The notes under the pieces: model-generated
Told to the model about the DNA's origin: nothing
Databases searched by the model: none
The model's input: the letters and a program-made list of their open reading frames with translations, nothing else
DNA from: an uncultured Chloroflexia bacterium
GTDB taxonomy: Bacteria > Chloroflexota > Chloroflexia > QHBQ01 > JADMIH01
NCBI GenBank assembly: GCA_963797095.1
Contig: CAWCNY010000001.1
Span: 384,001 to 448,000 of the forward strand
Length of the DNA: 64,000 nt
Reading direction: 5' to 3'
Shown here: positions 1-9,786 of the stretch, one piece after another
How the letters are laid out: the number at the start of each line of letters is the position of its first letter
Position numbering within the stretch: the stretch's first letter is position 1
Translations under genes and position numbers: made by a program

Positions 1-992
1 ATATATACTCGTGGCTCAGCGCGATGCACCTCTTCCTGGGCGATTGGGCGGAGGCCGAGAGGATGATAGCCGAGGCACAGCCGGTGGTTGAACAGCTTGC
101 CAGCCCCGAACCTCTGGCGTTCGCCAGTCACGTGCGTGGGGTGATCGCTTACGAATTAGGCCGATACGCCGAGGCAGAGGCTCGTCAAGAGGCGGCGGTA
201 GCCATTCTTCGGCAGATGGGTCGTGGCACTTTGGTATGGTATCTCGCGCACCTGGGCATGGCGCAACTCGCACAGGGCAAGCGAGCAGAGGCTTTAGCTT
301 GCGCGCAGGAAGTGGAAGGGTTGATTGCCACACAGCCGGAAGGTACAATACCTGTTATGTGTGCGCTTTGCACGCTGGCAATCATGGCCCTGGATATGGG
401 AGATTACGAGCGGGCGGGCAGATATTATCCCCAGCTTCTACCTTTGCAGGGTCTGTATGACTGCTATCTGGTTGACCGCGTACTGGGCGAGATCGAGACC
501 GCAACAGGCGATCATAATTCGGCGGCACGGCATCTCAAGCTGGCGGAATCCACCGCCCGAAGTAATCAACTCGCACTGGAGCTTGCTAACATCCTGCTTG
601 CCCAGGCAAAGCTTGCAATGGCGCGAGGGGGGCCAGATGCTACCCTTCAGGCGCGGACATTACTCGACCAGGCAATGGACCGGTGCAAGCACTTCAATCT
701 GGCAGCCGTGGCGAGCCGGGTAACTTTGTTGCTTGACTCGTTGTCCAAAGCGCCACATGGCCCAGGGGGACATCAGCCACCAGCTTACGAGGCATTGCCT
801 GCGGGATTGAGCAAGCGCGAGGCCGAGGTGCTCAGGCTTGTAGCCGCGGGTAAAAGCAACCGCGAGATCGCCGCCGTGCTCTTCCTCAGCGAGAAGACCG
901 TCGCGAACCACCTTGCCAACATCCTCAGCAAGACCGGCACCGAGAATCGTGCCGCCGCAGCCGCTTTCGCCATACGTCATGGCCTTGCTTGA
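1..992 (+). CDS. LuxR/MalT-type transcriptional regulator (TPR-like helices + C-terminal LuxR HTH), 5'-truncated by window edge
   Basis: C-terminal [43 protein letters not shown] LuxR HTH; frame is open back to position 3. Confidence 0.9.
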   Translation, partial: IYSWLSAMHLFLGDWAEAERMIAEAQPVVEQLASPEPLAFASHVRGVIAYELGRYAEAEARQEAAVAILRQMGRGTLVWYLAHLGMAQLAQGKRAEALACAQEVEGLIATQPEGTIPVMCALCTLAIMALDMGDYERAGRYYPQLLPLQGLYDCYLVDRVLGEIETATGDHNSAARHLKLAESTARSNQLALELANILLAQAKLAMARGGPDATLQARTLLDQAMDRCKHFNLAAVASRVTLLLDSLSKAPHGPGGHQPPAYEALPAGLSKREAEVLRLVAAGKSNREIAAVLFLSEKTVANHLANILSKTGTENRAAAAAFAIRHGLA

Positions 993-1010
993 CTTCCCAC
1001 AACGCGCCAC

Positions 1011-3338
1011 CTAAGGTTGTGAGACGGCATTGCAGTCTGGGAAGAAGGTTATGGATACGATCTTGGCTGCCTGTCCCCTGGTGACATAATTGCCGGCGCG
1101 GAAGTACGATCTATCGTCCGGTGATACGCAAGGCTCTCCTTCCCCTCCACACCTGTAACCTCCCACTATGCTTCGGCTTGCCAACCTCTCTATATACGCG
1201 TAGAAAGTGCTGCCGGAGGGTATGTCTTCAAACGTCTGGCCGCTTACAGGTTCAAGGAAGCCCGCCGCAGTTGCTACTAGCTTAGATGCCTGTCCCCGGC
1301 TCACCTCGCTGCTCGGTCTGAAGTACGGGCGATTGGCGGGTGGCACACAAGGCTCTCCTTCCCCTCCACACCTGTAACCTCCCACTATGCTTCGGCTTGC
1401 CAACCTCTCTACGTACTCGTAGAATGGAGAACCGGGCGGCGCATCTTCGAATGTCTGGCCGCTCACCGGATCGCTAAACCCGGCGGCATTTGACACGATT
1501 TTTGCCAACTGGCCTCTTGTCATAGGATTGGTGGGTCGGAACGTGCCATCAGAGTAACCTGTTAGTATGCCTCCACAAGCCAGGCAGCGCGCAAATGGAT
1601 AGAAGGTGCTACCGGGAGGCACGTCACGAAATAGCAGGTCGTAGTGCTCCACCCTATCGGTTGCCGTGAATCCCCCTATTGAGCCTCCCGCGACATATAT
1701 CTTGCCGCTTTGCACGGCGGCTTGCTGTCGAAAGGTGGCCACATTCAGGTTGGATTCCGAAGTCCAACTGTTTGTGGCGGTATCGTAACTGAGAACCCGG
1801 TTGCTCACGGTGTCGTAGCCATTGATCACGCCGCCTAGTAGATACGGTCTGCCGTTGAGCACCACGCTGGCGGCTCCCCAGATTGTTCTTGGCAGATTGG
1901 CTATCAGTTCGGGGTGTTGCGGCCAATAAGGATCTGCCGGGTCCGGGTGGTAGCGTGCCGCACTGAAACTTGTTCGCTCGCAATCGTCATCCTCAGGATC
2001 GCACGTTCCTCCGATATTCCACAGCCCGCCTGCAACATAGATATAGCCGTCGACAGCCCATGCTGCGGCACCTGCCCTCTCGCAACTGAAGTCCAGAGAT
2101 GAACCTGCACAGTAGGTATGATCATCGTTTTGGCTCCAACGATTGTTCGCTATGTCATAAGTCAGGAGGTGAGTGTTCTTCAGCTTACAATCAGGCTTGA
2201 GACATCCGCCTATGACGTGGATCTGACCATTCATGTAGACCGCCGAGGCTGCCGCGAGACCACCCCCGTAACCGCCGAGATAGGGCAATTGGGCTTTTCC
2301 GGACCAGGTGTTCGTTGCCGGGTTGTAGGCATAGGTTGAACTGGTTATGCCGTCCAGGTTGGTATCGGTGTACCCACCTATGACGTACAAGTTTGCCCCA
2401 TCGCTCGCGACCGCAGCATCCCACAGGTGATTGGGGAGATCGGCCACTCGGGTCCAGGAGCCTGAACCGGAATATTTATGTACGAGGTAGGTGCCTTGAT
2501 CACCGTGAAGGCCCCCGGCGACATACAGGTCGTTGCCGACAGCGGCCACCGCCGCTCCCATAAATGGCTCCGGCAATGGGGTATCGAGATGCCAGTTGCC
2601 GTCGGGGCAAGCAGTTGGTGTCACGGTAACCGTACCGGAGGTAGTAGGCGAGGGCGTGCGAGTGTGGGTAGGTGATGCGGTGGGTTGGGGAGTGCCCACA
2701 GGACAGGAGCTTGTGGCGATGCGCAGGCCCCAGGAGTTGATTGTGCCTTCTCCACTCGTACCGGTGTCGCACCCCACGTGCAGAGACCATGCCCCGTTGG
2801 CAGCTTGACCTGCCAGTGACCCTGGCAGAGGATCGGCAGGTTGGTAGCTCATTCCCGCCACAGGTGGGCAATCGTGACCTATGGGCCATTGAGCGGCGCT
2901 ATCAAAGCTTATGTCTGGGAAGTTGTGGCTCCCCTGCCCATCACATGGCGTATCTGCCAGCAGAGAAAATGGAGATGGCTCGAAGGTGTGGAACAAATAG
3001 AGCTTCAGAGAGCTAATATCGGGGAATGAGATATCGACGTTGACCACGTCAACATCGGTAATGAGACCGAGGGTGCCTGTTATGTTGATGATGGAATTAC
3101 CGGGCGTGAGGGGGCAGGCGAAGTGGATGGGCACGTCTGTGCTGGTGAAGACGTAAGTGATGGTGGAGCAAGTCGTGGGGGTAGCTTGAGGGCCTTTGTG
3201 AGAGCCTGAACCGCCTGAAGACCCCGATAAGGCGGCCCCCTGCGCCCGTGCGATTGCCCAGCTTGAGGCAGAGGCAAGCATCAGGACAATTGCGGCCAAT
3301 GACAACAGGGCCAGGCATAGTGCTCGGTTCATAGTCAC
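1011..3338 (-). CDS. Secreted surface protein: signal peptide, proprotein-convertase P-like domain, P/T linker, Kelch repeats, three SLH domains
   Basis: Hydrophobic N-terminus; GxWSL..D...GTINSWGL P-domain motif; repeated LYVAGG/LYVIGG Kelch motifs; FRDVPPGSTFY/FEDAPPGSPFY..TRGQ SLH repeats. Confidence 0.85.
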   Translation of the reverse strand: MTMNRALCLALLSLAAIVLMLASASSWAIARAQGAALSGSSGGSGSHKGPQATPTTCSTITYVFTSTDVPIHFACPLTPGNSIINITGTLGLITDVDVVNVDISFPDISSLKLYLFHTFEPSPFSLLADTPCDGQGSHNFPDISFDSAAQWPIGHDCPPVAGMSYQPADPLPGSLAGQAANGAWSLHVGCDTGTSGEGTINSWGLRIATSSCPVGTPQPTASPTHTRTPSPTTSGTVTVTPTACPDGNWHLDTPLPEPFMGAAVAAVGNDLYVAGGLHGDQGTYLVHKYSGSGSWTRVADLPNHLWDAAVASDGANLYVIGGYTDTNLDGITSSTYAYNPATNTWSGKAQLPYLGGYGGGLAAASAVYMNGQIHVIGGCLKPDCKLKNTHLLTYDIANNRWSQNDDHTYCAGSSLDFSCERAGAAAWAVDGYIYVAGGLWNIGGTCDPEDDDCERTSFSAARYHPDPADPYWPQHPELIANLPRTIWGAASVVLNGRPYLLGGVINGYDTVSNRVLSYDTATNSWTSESNLNVATFRQQAAVQSGKIYVAGGSIGGFTATDRVEHYDLLFRDVPPGSTFYPFARCLACGGILTGYSDGTFRPTNPMTRGQLAKIVSNAAGFSDPVSGQTFEDAPPGSPFYEYVERLASRSIVGGYRCGGEGEPCVPPANRPYFRPSSEVSRGQASKLVATAAGFLEPVSGQTFEDIPSGSTFYAYIERLASRSIVGGYRCGGEGEPCVSPDDRSYFRAGNYVTRGQAAKIVSITFFPDCNAVSQP

Positions 3339-3368
3339 GCCCCCTTCCTTCGACTACTCAGATAACGC

Positions 3369-4616
3369 TCAGGCTGTGACCCGCTTGCGTAATTTCCAAC
3401 CTGCAATCGTTGCGAGCCCCGCGGCAAAGAGCAGGAGCCAGACGACCAGTGGGTCGGAGGGGCTGCCCGTGCCCGTCCTCGGCATTCCGGCGCCTACAGG
3501 CGCGGCAAGGGGTGGGTTCACGTCAACACGCACGATCTCCCCCAGGCTGGGGTCGCCGCCGTAGCCGAAGTTCGATACGTACAGCATCCCATCAGGCCCG
3601 AAGGTCATGCCGGTCGGGAAGCTCAAGCCGGAGGCCACTACTTCAAGGCCGCCATCGGGTGCGACGCGCACCACCCTGCCTGTGCCCGGCTGGGGGAAGT
3701 CGTTGTCTACAACGGTGGTCTCAAGGGCGTAGAGTTGTCCCTGGCCGTCGAAAGCCACGCCCAGCACGGCGGTCAGGCCTTGCGCGTAAACCGAAAGCTG
3801 CCCGTCCGGGCTAATCTTGTAAAGTTTAGAGGCCCCGCGATTTATCGGGAAAGTGGAGAGATTGCCCGCGTAGAAATCGCCCGCGTTGAAGGTCAGCGCC
3901 GTCGGTGTGTTGGGTCCCTCGGTCGCCGAAATATCGAGTAAGCGCCTGATACTCCCGTCCGCTGCGACCTCATCCAGCTCGCCGTGGTTGGCCTCGACCA
4001 CATACAGCTTTCCATCAACTTCGATCATGTTGTACACCGAGCCATCCGGCTCCCAATCGTCGGGGGTAGAAGGTTGGGCCGTGGGATTCGTGCTCAGGTA
4101 TGCGCTGAAATCGGCGAAGAGGGTCCAGGTGCCGTCAGGATTGGCCTTATATATGCCCGCGGGAGTTTCGGCCAACCCGCGAGAACAGCCGCCTGCCGAG
4201 TTGAGGATGTACAGCGTGTCACCCACGAATGCAACGTCATTGGCGCCCAACGATTCGCCCGTGTTGTCACGGGCAGATGGGAGCTTGTCAACGACCGTTG
4301 ATCGCACGCCTTCGGGGCTTATCTTCGATGCGCGGGCAGTCAGGCCCGGATGGTACGGTGTGAAAGGTGAGGTATACCCTTCGCACGTGCCGTTGTTGGG
4401 GGCGTCGCCTCCTGGCCCGGCCTCCGCCACATATAGGTAGCCATCGGGGCCGAACTTAAGCCCGCGCGGAAACATGAGGCCAGTAGCGAAGGTGGAAACG
4501 CTTGCCGAAATCGAACTGCCACTTGATTCCTGTGCGGCGACTGATGCGCCGCCTGATGCGATGGCGCATACCAGGCCAATTGCGATGACCAACCGGTACA
4601 AACGAAGGACTTTCAT
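3369..4616 (-). CDS. ScyD/ScyE-family beta-propeller protein with C-terminal sortase-type signal (MPRTG + TM + basic tail)
   Basis: PRGLKFGPDGYLYVAEAG and PTGMTFGPDGMLYVSN propeller motifs; ATG at 4616 preceded by AGGAGG; ends GMPRTG..LVVWLLLFAAGLATIAGWKLRKR. Confidence 0.8.
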   Translation of the reverse strand: MKVLRLYRLVIAIGLVCAIASGGASVAAQESSGSSISASVSTFATGLMFPRGLKFGPDGYLYVAEAGPGGDAPNNGTCEGYTSPFTPYHPGLTARASKISPEGVRSTVVDKLPSARDNTGESLGANDVAFVGDTLYILNSAGGCSRGLAETPAGIYKANPDGTWTLFADFSAYLSTNPTAQPSTPDDWEPDGSVYNMIEVDGKLYVVEANHGELDEVAADGSIRRLLDISATEGPNTPTALTFNAGDFYAGNLSTFPINRGASKLYKISPDGQLSVYAQGLTAVLGVAFDGQGQLYALETTVVDNDFPQPGTGRVVRVAPDGGLEVVASGLSFPTGMTFGPDGMLYVSNFGYGGDPSLGEIVRVDVNPPLAAPVGAGMPRTGTGSPSDPLVVWLLLFAAGLATIAGWKLRKRVTA

Positions 4617-4846
4617 TTTGGACCTCCTCGGCAAATATGACCGGCACCAGGCATTTCCTGGTCCAGGCACATTATGGGTCTCAGAGATCAGCATGTCATG
4701 AGCAGGATTGCCCAATTCGGCGCTTCCGTCATCAATGAATGATGATGGACGGCAATATTGAAACTAGGTAGATCTACCCAGTTTTCCCCGGCGATTGTTG
4801 CGCCGGGCATAAAAGCCGTACTCTCGACTGGGCAGTTTGGTACCTG

Positions 4847-6031
4847 TCAAATATGGTCGTGTAACTTTGGAGGCCGGGCAGCCGCGCCTATGGCCTGCTT
4901 GTACGCGCCCTCTACGCCGACTACCATCCGGTCGACCGTGAACTGGGCGGCTACTTTACGCCCGCCCTCTACGAGCCGTGCGCGAAGCGCCTGGTCTTGG
5001 TGTATTCTTAGCGCAGCCCCAGCCAGGGCCTCTTTGTCGCCTCTCGGAACCAGCAAGCCCTGGTCGCTGTCGTGAATAAACTCAGGTATACCGCCCACCT
5101 CAGTGGCGACCACCGGGATGTCGCTGCCCATCGCTTCAAGCAGCACATGGGGGGTGCCCTCGGTATCAGATGTCAGCATCACGAGGTCGCTGGCAGCATA
5201 CACATTCTTCATATCTCGCGTCAACCCTGTGAAGAGGAGTCGCTCACCCAATCCCAGTGTTGCCGCCAGCTCCCGCAGATTGGCCTCTTGCTTGCCCCCG
5301 CCCACCAGCATGAATCTTGCTTCCGGTATCTTCTCGGCAAGCAGGGCGCACGTCTCAAGGTAGAGGTCAAATCGCTTCTCGGTCGAAAGCCTGCCTATCG
5401 CCGCTATTACGAAAGCATCTTCCGGCAGGCCCCATTTGCGCCGGGCCTCCGCTCGCTCCTCCTGGGAGGCCGCGCCGTGCCCTCCGCTTGCCAGGTAGGG
5501 TATGCCGGGCCGCACCACGCTTACTTTCCCCGGTGCGAATCCCTTCTCCAGCAGTGTTTGCCTCTGCTGCTCGGAGACGGTGATCACGTGATCGCAATCG
5601 CGTAGGGTGCCCAACTCAAGACGGGTGACTACTCGCCTCACAAAGTTGTCCTGCACCCAGCCGTGCACGGTCGCAACCAACGGAACGCGTCCCCAGGTGC
5701 GCGGGTAGAGCCGCCGCATCAGCCAGATGAAGTAGTTGGCGCGTTGGCCGTGCATGTGGATCACGCTTACCCCCATCCGCGCGGGCAAGCGCCGCAGCCA
5801 CCCTCTTTTCAACCTGAGGTCCTCTAATGGGATCACCTCAAGCCCCAGCGCCCGCGCGCGCCTCCCGAAATCCTTCGCCGGGTCAGCCTCCGGGTCTGGC
5901 TTGCGCAGGAGCAAGACAGGCGAGTGGAAGCTGCCTCGCGCCTCCAATGCGGGGCCAAGCAGGAGCACAAGCTCCTCCGCGCCACCTGTCTGCCTGGCGT
6001 CCACCGTGCGTATCGCCTGCAACGCTATCAT
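4847..6031 (-). CDS. Glycosyltransferase family 4
   Basis: GRLSTEK, EGTPHVLLEAM (EX7E) and VGGIPE motifs. Confidence 0.92.
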   Translation of the reverse strand: MIALQAIRTVDARQTGGAEELVLLLGPALEARGSFHSPVLLLRKPDPEADPAKDFGRRARALGLEVIPLEDLRLKRGWLRRLPARMGVSVIHMHGQRANYFIWLMRRLYPRTWGRVPLVATVHGWVQDNFVRRVVTRLELGTLRDCDHVITVSEQQRQTLLEKGFAPGKVSVVRPGIPYLASGGHGAASQEERAEARRKWGLPEDAFVIAAIGRLSTEKRFDLYLETCALLAEKIPEARFMLVGGGKQEANLRELAATLGLGERLLFTGLTRDMKNVYAASDLVMLTSDTEGTPHVLLEAMGSDIPVVATEVGGIPEFIHDSDQGLLVPRGDKEALAGAALRIHQDQALRARLVEGGRKVAAQFTVDRMVVGVEGAYKQAIGAAARPPKLHDHI

Positions 6032-6888
6032 GGCAAGCTCTCGCTGCTCTGGACTTCGCCCGGCGCTCGCCTGGGCCAGTTGTGCTTGCCCATGAACTTT
6101 GTCGCGACAAAATTCACCAGCCTGTAAGCAGGCCCGATGCCGGGCGATATGAAGGCACGCATCACATCCGGGGTTGTGTTGTTGCTTACCAGCAGCCTGG
6201 GCAATCTCAGTGGGTGGCTGTGCAGAGTAGCCGGCCCCTGGTCAACCGTGGTGGCAGTTCTATAGCCAGCGGCGCGTGCCGCGCGCAGCACCCGCCCGTC
6301 ATAGTCGCCCTGCGGGTAGGCGAACGCCCCCACGGGTTGTCCCAATCGCTTTTCAATCTCTATCTTGGGCAGGCGCATCTCGTCCTCTAGCTGCCCATCG
6401 TCGTACTGCGTGAGGAACCCGTGTGTGATCGAATGCGCCCCTATCTCCACTCCCGCACCGTGCAATTGTCCGATCTGCTCCCAATCCAGTATCCTCAGCG
6501 ATGGCAGGGACACCTCTCCATCGGTCCAAGCTGTGCGCCGCCCTACCATGCCCGTTATGACGTACACCGTCGCTTTCAGCCCATTTGCTTTCAGGACGGG
6601 TCGCGCCTGGGTCAGCATATTCTCGAAGCCATCGTCAAAGGTGATCGCCACCGCGCTTCGTGGGAAAGGCTGGCGCCTGGCGAGCCTGTCCGCCACCTCC
6701 TGCATGGTTAGCGATACGCAGCGCTCCTTTACAAGCGCCTTCATCTGCTGGGCGAACAGGCCCGGCGACACAGACAGGGGGGTGCCATATTCGTCAATCG
6801 AGTGGTAGCTGAGGATCGTGATCCCGCCGTACGGCAGGATGCGGCCCGCCACGCGTGCGGTCCCATAAAACAAACTCTTCACTGGCAC
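6028..6888 (-). CDS. Polysaccharide deacetylase (NodB/CE4)
   Basis: YHSI, ITFDDG, GAHSITH and FAYPQG motifs. Confidence 0.92.
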   Translation of the reverse strand: MPVKSLFYGTARVAGRILPYGGITILSYHSIDEYGTPLSVSPGLFAQQMKALVKERCVSLTMQEVADRLARRQPFPRSAVAITFDDGFENMLTQARPVLKANGLKATVYVITGMVGRRTAWTDGEVSLPSLRILDWEQIGQLHGAGVEIGAHSITHGFLTQYDDGQLEDEMRLPKIEIEKRLGQPVGAFAYPQGDYDGRVLRAARAAGYRTATTVDQGPATLHSHPLRLPRLLVSNNTTPDVMRAFISPGIGPAYRLVNFVATKFMGKHNWPRRAPGEVQSSESLP

Positions 6889-6966
6889 ATGTCATTCTAG
6901 CATAGCGCCGCTTCTTATCCTAATGGGTGAGGCACATACACCGCCCGTTCTGCTATACTCTTAGAT

Positions 6967-8451
6967 ATGAGTCTTGGCAGGCAGGCCGCCACCGGAGCGG
7001 TCTGGAACTACGCGGCATTTTTGGTGAGCAAGGGATTGCTTTTCGTGGCGACCCTGGTGCTGGCGCGCCTTCTGTCTCCCGCCGAGTTCGGCCTGGTTGG
7101 CATGGCCCTGCTGGTGATCACCCTGCTCGACATTGTGCGCGACTTCGGGATCGGCTCGGCCCTGATCTACCGCCAGGACGACGGCCATTCTGCCGCCAAC
7201 CTCTCCTTCTTCCTCAGCATCGGGATCGGCGTCATCCTCTTCTCCGCCAACTTCCTTCTAGCGCCTCTGGCCGCCGATTTCTTCAAGACTTCCGGCCCCT
7301 CGGAGACCGCCACGGTGGCGTCTCTCCTTCAGATACTCGGCCTCAGCCTCCTCTTCTCGTCCCTGGGTTCGACCCACGATGCCCTCCTCCAGAAGAGCAT
7401 AGATTACCGCAAGCGCATGGTGCCCGAAGTTGGCCGGACCCTCATCAAAGGTTTGTTGCAGGTGGGGCTTGCCCTCGCGGGTTTCGGCGTCTGGAGCCTG
7501 GTGATAGGGCAGGTGGTGGGCGAGGCCTGTGCAACTCTCCTGCTCTGGATAGTCATGCCCTGGCGGCCACGTCTTAAATTTGAGCGCAAACTGGTTCGCC
7601 CCATGCTCTCCTATGGCACCCAGCTAACAATGGTGGGTGGCCTCGGCACCCTCCTTTCCGACGTTGACTATCTGGTTATCGGTGGCCTGCTGGGCGAGAT
7701 CGCCCTCGGCCTTTACACCCTGGCTTTTCGCATTCCGGAGCTATTGATAAAGAACCTGGCGCAGGCGGTGTCCACGGTAGCCTTCCCGGTGGCCGCTCGG
7801 CTCCAATCCGACATGGACGCGCTTCGCTCAGCCTATCTCAAGATGCAGCGCTATATGCTCGCCATCCTTGCCCCGCTCGGCTTCGGCCTGTACGCGATCA
7901 CACCCGCGCTGATCCACATCCTCTTCGGCGACCGCTGGGAACCCGCCATCCCGGTCATGCAGATACTCTCTATCTACATGCTACTGGGAGGGATCAACCA
8001 TTGGCCCGGTGTGGTGTACAAGGCGGTGGGCAAACCGGGCATCTTGAACGTTTTGAGCTTGGTGAAGCTTGCAATGCTGGTGCCCACTCTCTGGTGGTGC
8101 GCAGCCAACTACGGCATTGTGGGCGTGGCGTGGGGCCAACTGGTGGTCCGCATCATCGGGATCGTGATTGACATGCAGGTAGTGGCGGGCTTCGTAGGGG
8201 TGAGCGTGTGGGCCAACGTGCGCGCCCTCCTGCCATCTCTGGTTTCGTCGGCGCTGATGGCCGCCACGCTCCAGGCATTTTTCACCCTTTCTTCCAGGGC
8301 GGCCAATTTGCCCGCCCTAATCCTCTCCATCGCGGCGGGCGCAGCCCAGTACACAGCCCTCTTGTGGCTCCTCGACCGCGACTCGGTTGATGCCCTGCTA
8401 GACCTCGCACGCGGCTTCCTTCCGCGCAGGCGGTCAGTAGCCAGAGGTTAA
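6967..8451 (+). CDS. Polysaccharide flippase (WzxC-like, PST family)
   Basis: LARLLSPAEFGL, GIGSALI, FGVWSLVIGQ and LGLYTLA motifs; many TM segments. Confidence 0.9.
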   Translation: MSLGRQAATGAVWNYAAFLVSKGLLFVATLVLARLLSPAEFGLVGMALLVITLLDIVRDFGIGSALIYRQDDGHSAANLSFFLSIGIGVILFSANFLLAPLAADFFKTSGPSETATVASLLQILGLSLLFSSLGSTHDALLQKSIDYRKRMVPEVGRTLIKGLLQVGLALAGFGVWSLVIGQVVGEACATLLLWIVMPWRPRLKFERKLVRPMLSYGTQLTMVGGLGTLLSDVDYLVIGGLLGEIALGLYTLAFRIPELLIKNLAQAVSTVAFPVAARLQSDMDALRSAYLKMQRYMLAILAPLGFGLYAITPALIHILFGDRWEPAIPVMQILSIYMLLGGINHWPGVVYKAVGKPGILNVLSLVKLAMLVPTLWWCAANYGIVGVAWGQLVVRIIGIVIDMQVVAGFVGVSVWANVRALLPSLVSSALMAATLQAFFTLSSRAANLPALILSIAAGAAQYTALLWLLDRDSVDALLDLARGFLPRRRSVARG

Positions 8452-8619
8452 TTTCTCCTCGGGCGCGACTGCGCCTTTCAAAGCCCGTAGTGTGCGGAAA
8501 TGCTGTCCGTGCCTACAACAATCGTGCGTCATGCCAAGTTATGGATACATCGTCTACCTTCTCTACGGTGCCTTATCAAGATTCAATGGCTGAGGCAATA
8601 GCAGAGGAGGTAGCACTTC

Positions 8620-9034
8620 ATGATCTACCTTGTATTCGCGCAGGTCCTTTCCTTTCTGTTGGACCTGTTGGCCGCCAACCGCTTATCCAATCATCAGAAA
8701 GACATCGAGCTACTCTTGCTGCGCCAACAGCTCAATATCCTGCAGCGCAGACTTGCCCAACCGCCGGCCATCTCTCGTTGGGAGAAATGCGCTCTTGCGG
8801 TCCTCGCTGTCCGGCTCAGGCAACTGCCAACCACCACCCGCACGCGGTTAGACCAGGTTCTGCTGCCATTCATGCTATTCAAACCCGACACTGTGCTCAA
8901 ATGGCACAGAGAACTCGTGCGGCGCAAATGGACCTATCGGCGGAAGGGATTGCCTGGCAGACCACGAGTGACACCTGCGTTGCAAGAGCTTATTGTGCGG
9001 CTGGCCAGGGAAAATCCCAGATGGGGTTACTCAA
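8620..9034 (+). pseudogene. Truncated integrase-core-type transposase (N-terminal half only)
   Basis: KDIELLLLRQQL..KPDTVLKWHRELVRRKW..GRP..RLARENPRWGY, then unrelated sequence; no DDE core. Confidence 0.75.
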
Positions 9035-9052
9035 GCGACTTTCACGTCGCAC
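9035..9052 (-). mobile_element. 5' terminal stub of a group II intron
   Basis: Minus strand reads GTGCGACGTGAAAGTCGC, a typical group IIB intron start; only 18 nt. Confidence 0.5.
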
Positions 9053-9640
9053 CGGACAAAAGACAACGGTTCGGGGCCTGTTAGAGAACCGAGAGTGACC
9101 GATTAGTAGGCTTCAATCCAAGCAAAGTAGATCAATAGGGTAAGCGGGCAATGCGCCCCTCCCACTCTTCGGGCGTGCTTGCGCCGAGCACCACTCCTGC
9201 TTTTACTTGCCCCCGGTTTTGAATGGCCTCGTTGTTAAGTGGATCCCTCTGACAAGGGGGCTTCATCTCCCTCCTGCACGCACGTCGAACAAATCAGCCA
9301 GCGATTTGGCATTCAGCACTTCATGCGGACCAAGGTCAGCCATGTCTATCGGCTGCCCGCAAGCCAGCGCCAGCGCCCAGAAACGGTGCCCAAGTCAGCA
9401 GGCAGAGCATTAGGTTAAGCGTCGCTGGCCGTGAGCCTAACCAGCTCAGACCAGGAGGCCATTTAGTAGCTAGTAAAACATTACGAAAGTCCCGTCACAT
9501 TAGGGACAAAAGGACCATTCTATTCGCTTAGCAACCGGATTACTCTTAAGGCGTAGGCGGGGTGCTAGTCCACGGCAGTTCTTTGCGTACCTGTTTTCGA
9601 TGCTGAGACTTCCAATACTGAAGCTCCATACGGACGCATA

Positions 9641-9681
9641 TTACAAGCTACGAGTTACGAGTTACGAGGTGCGAGTTACGA
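9641..9681. repeat. Degenerate heptamer tandem repeat (TTACGAG)n
   Basis: ttacaagctacgagttacgagttacgaggtgcgagttacga upstream of the kinase gene. Confidence 0.75.
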
Positions 9682-9786
9682 AGGGCGGATTGACCGGACA
9701 ATAGCTTCTTGGCTTCGACAATTCATTTCGCTTATCAATCGAAAAGCAATTCGTTATTCGTTATTGAGCACAAAGGGGTTCTAATA

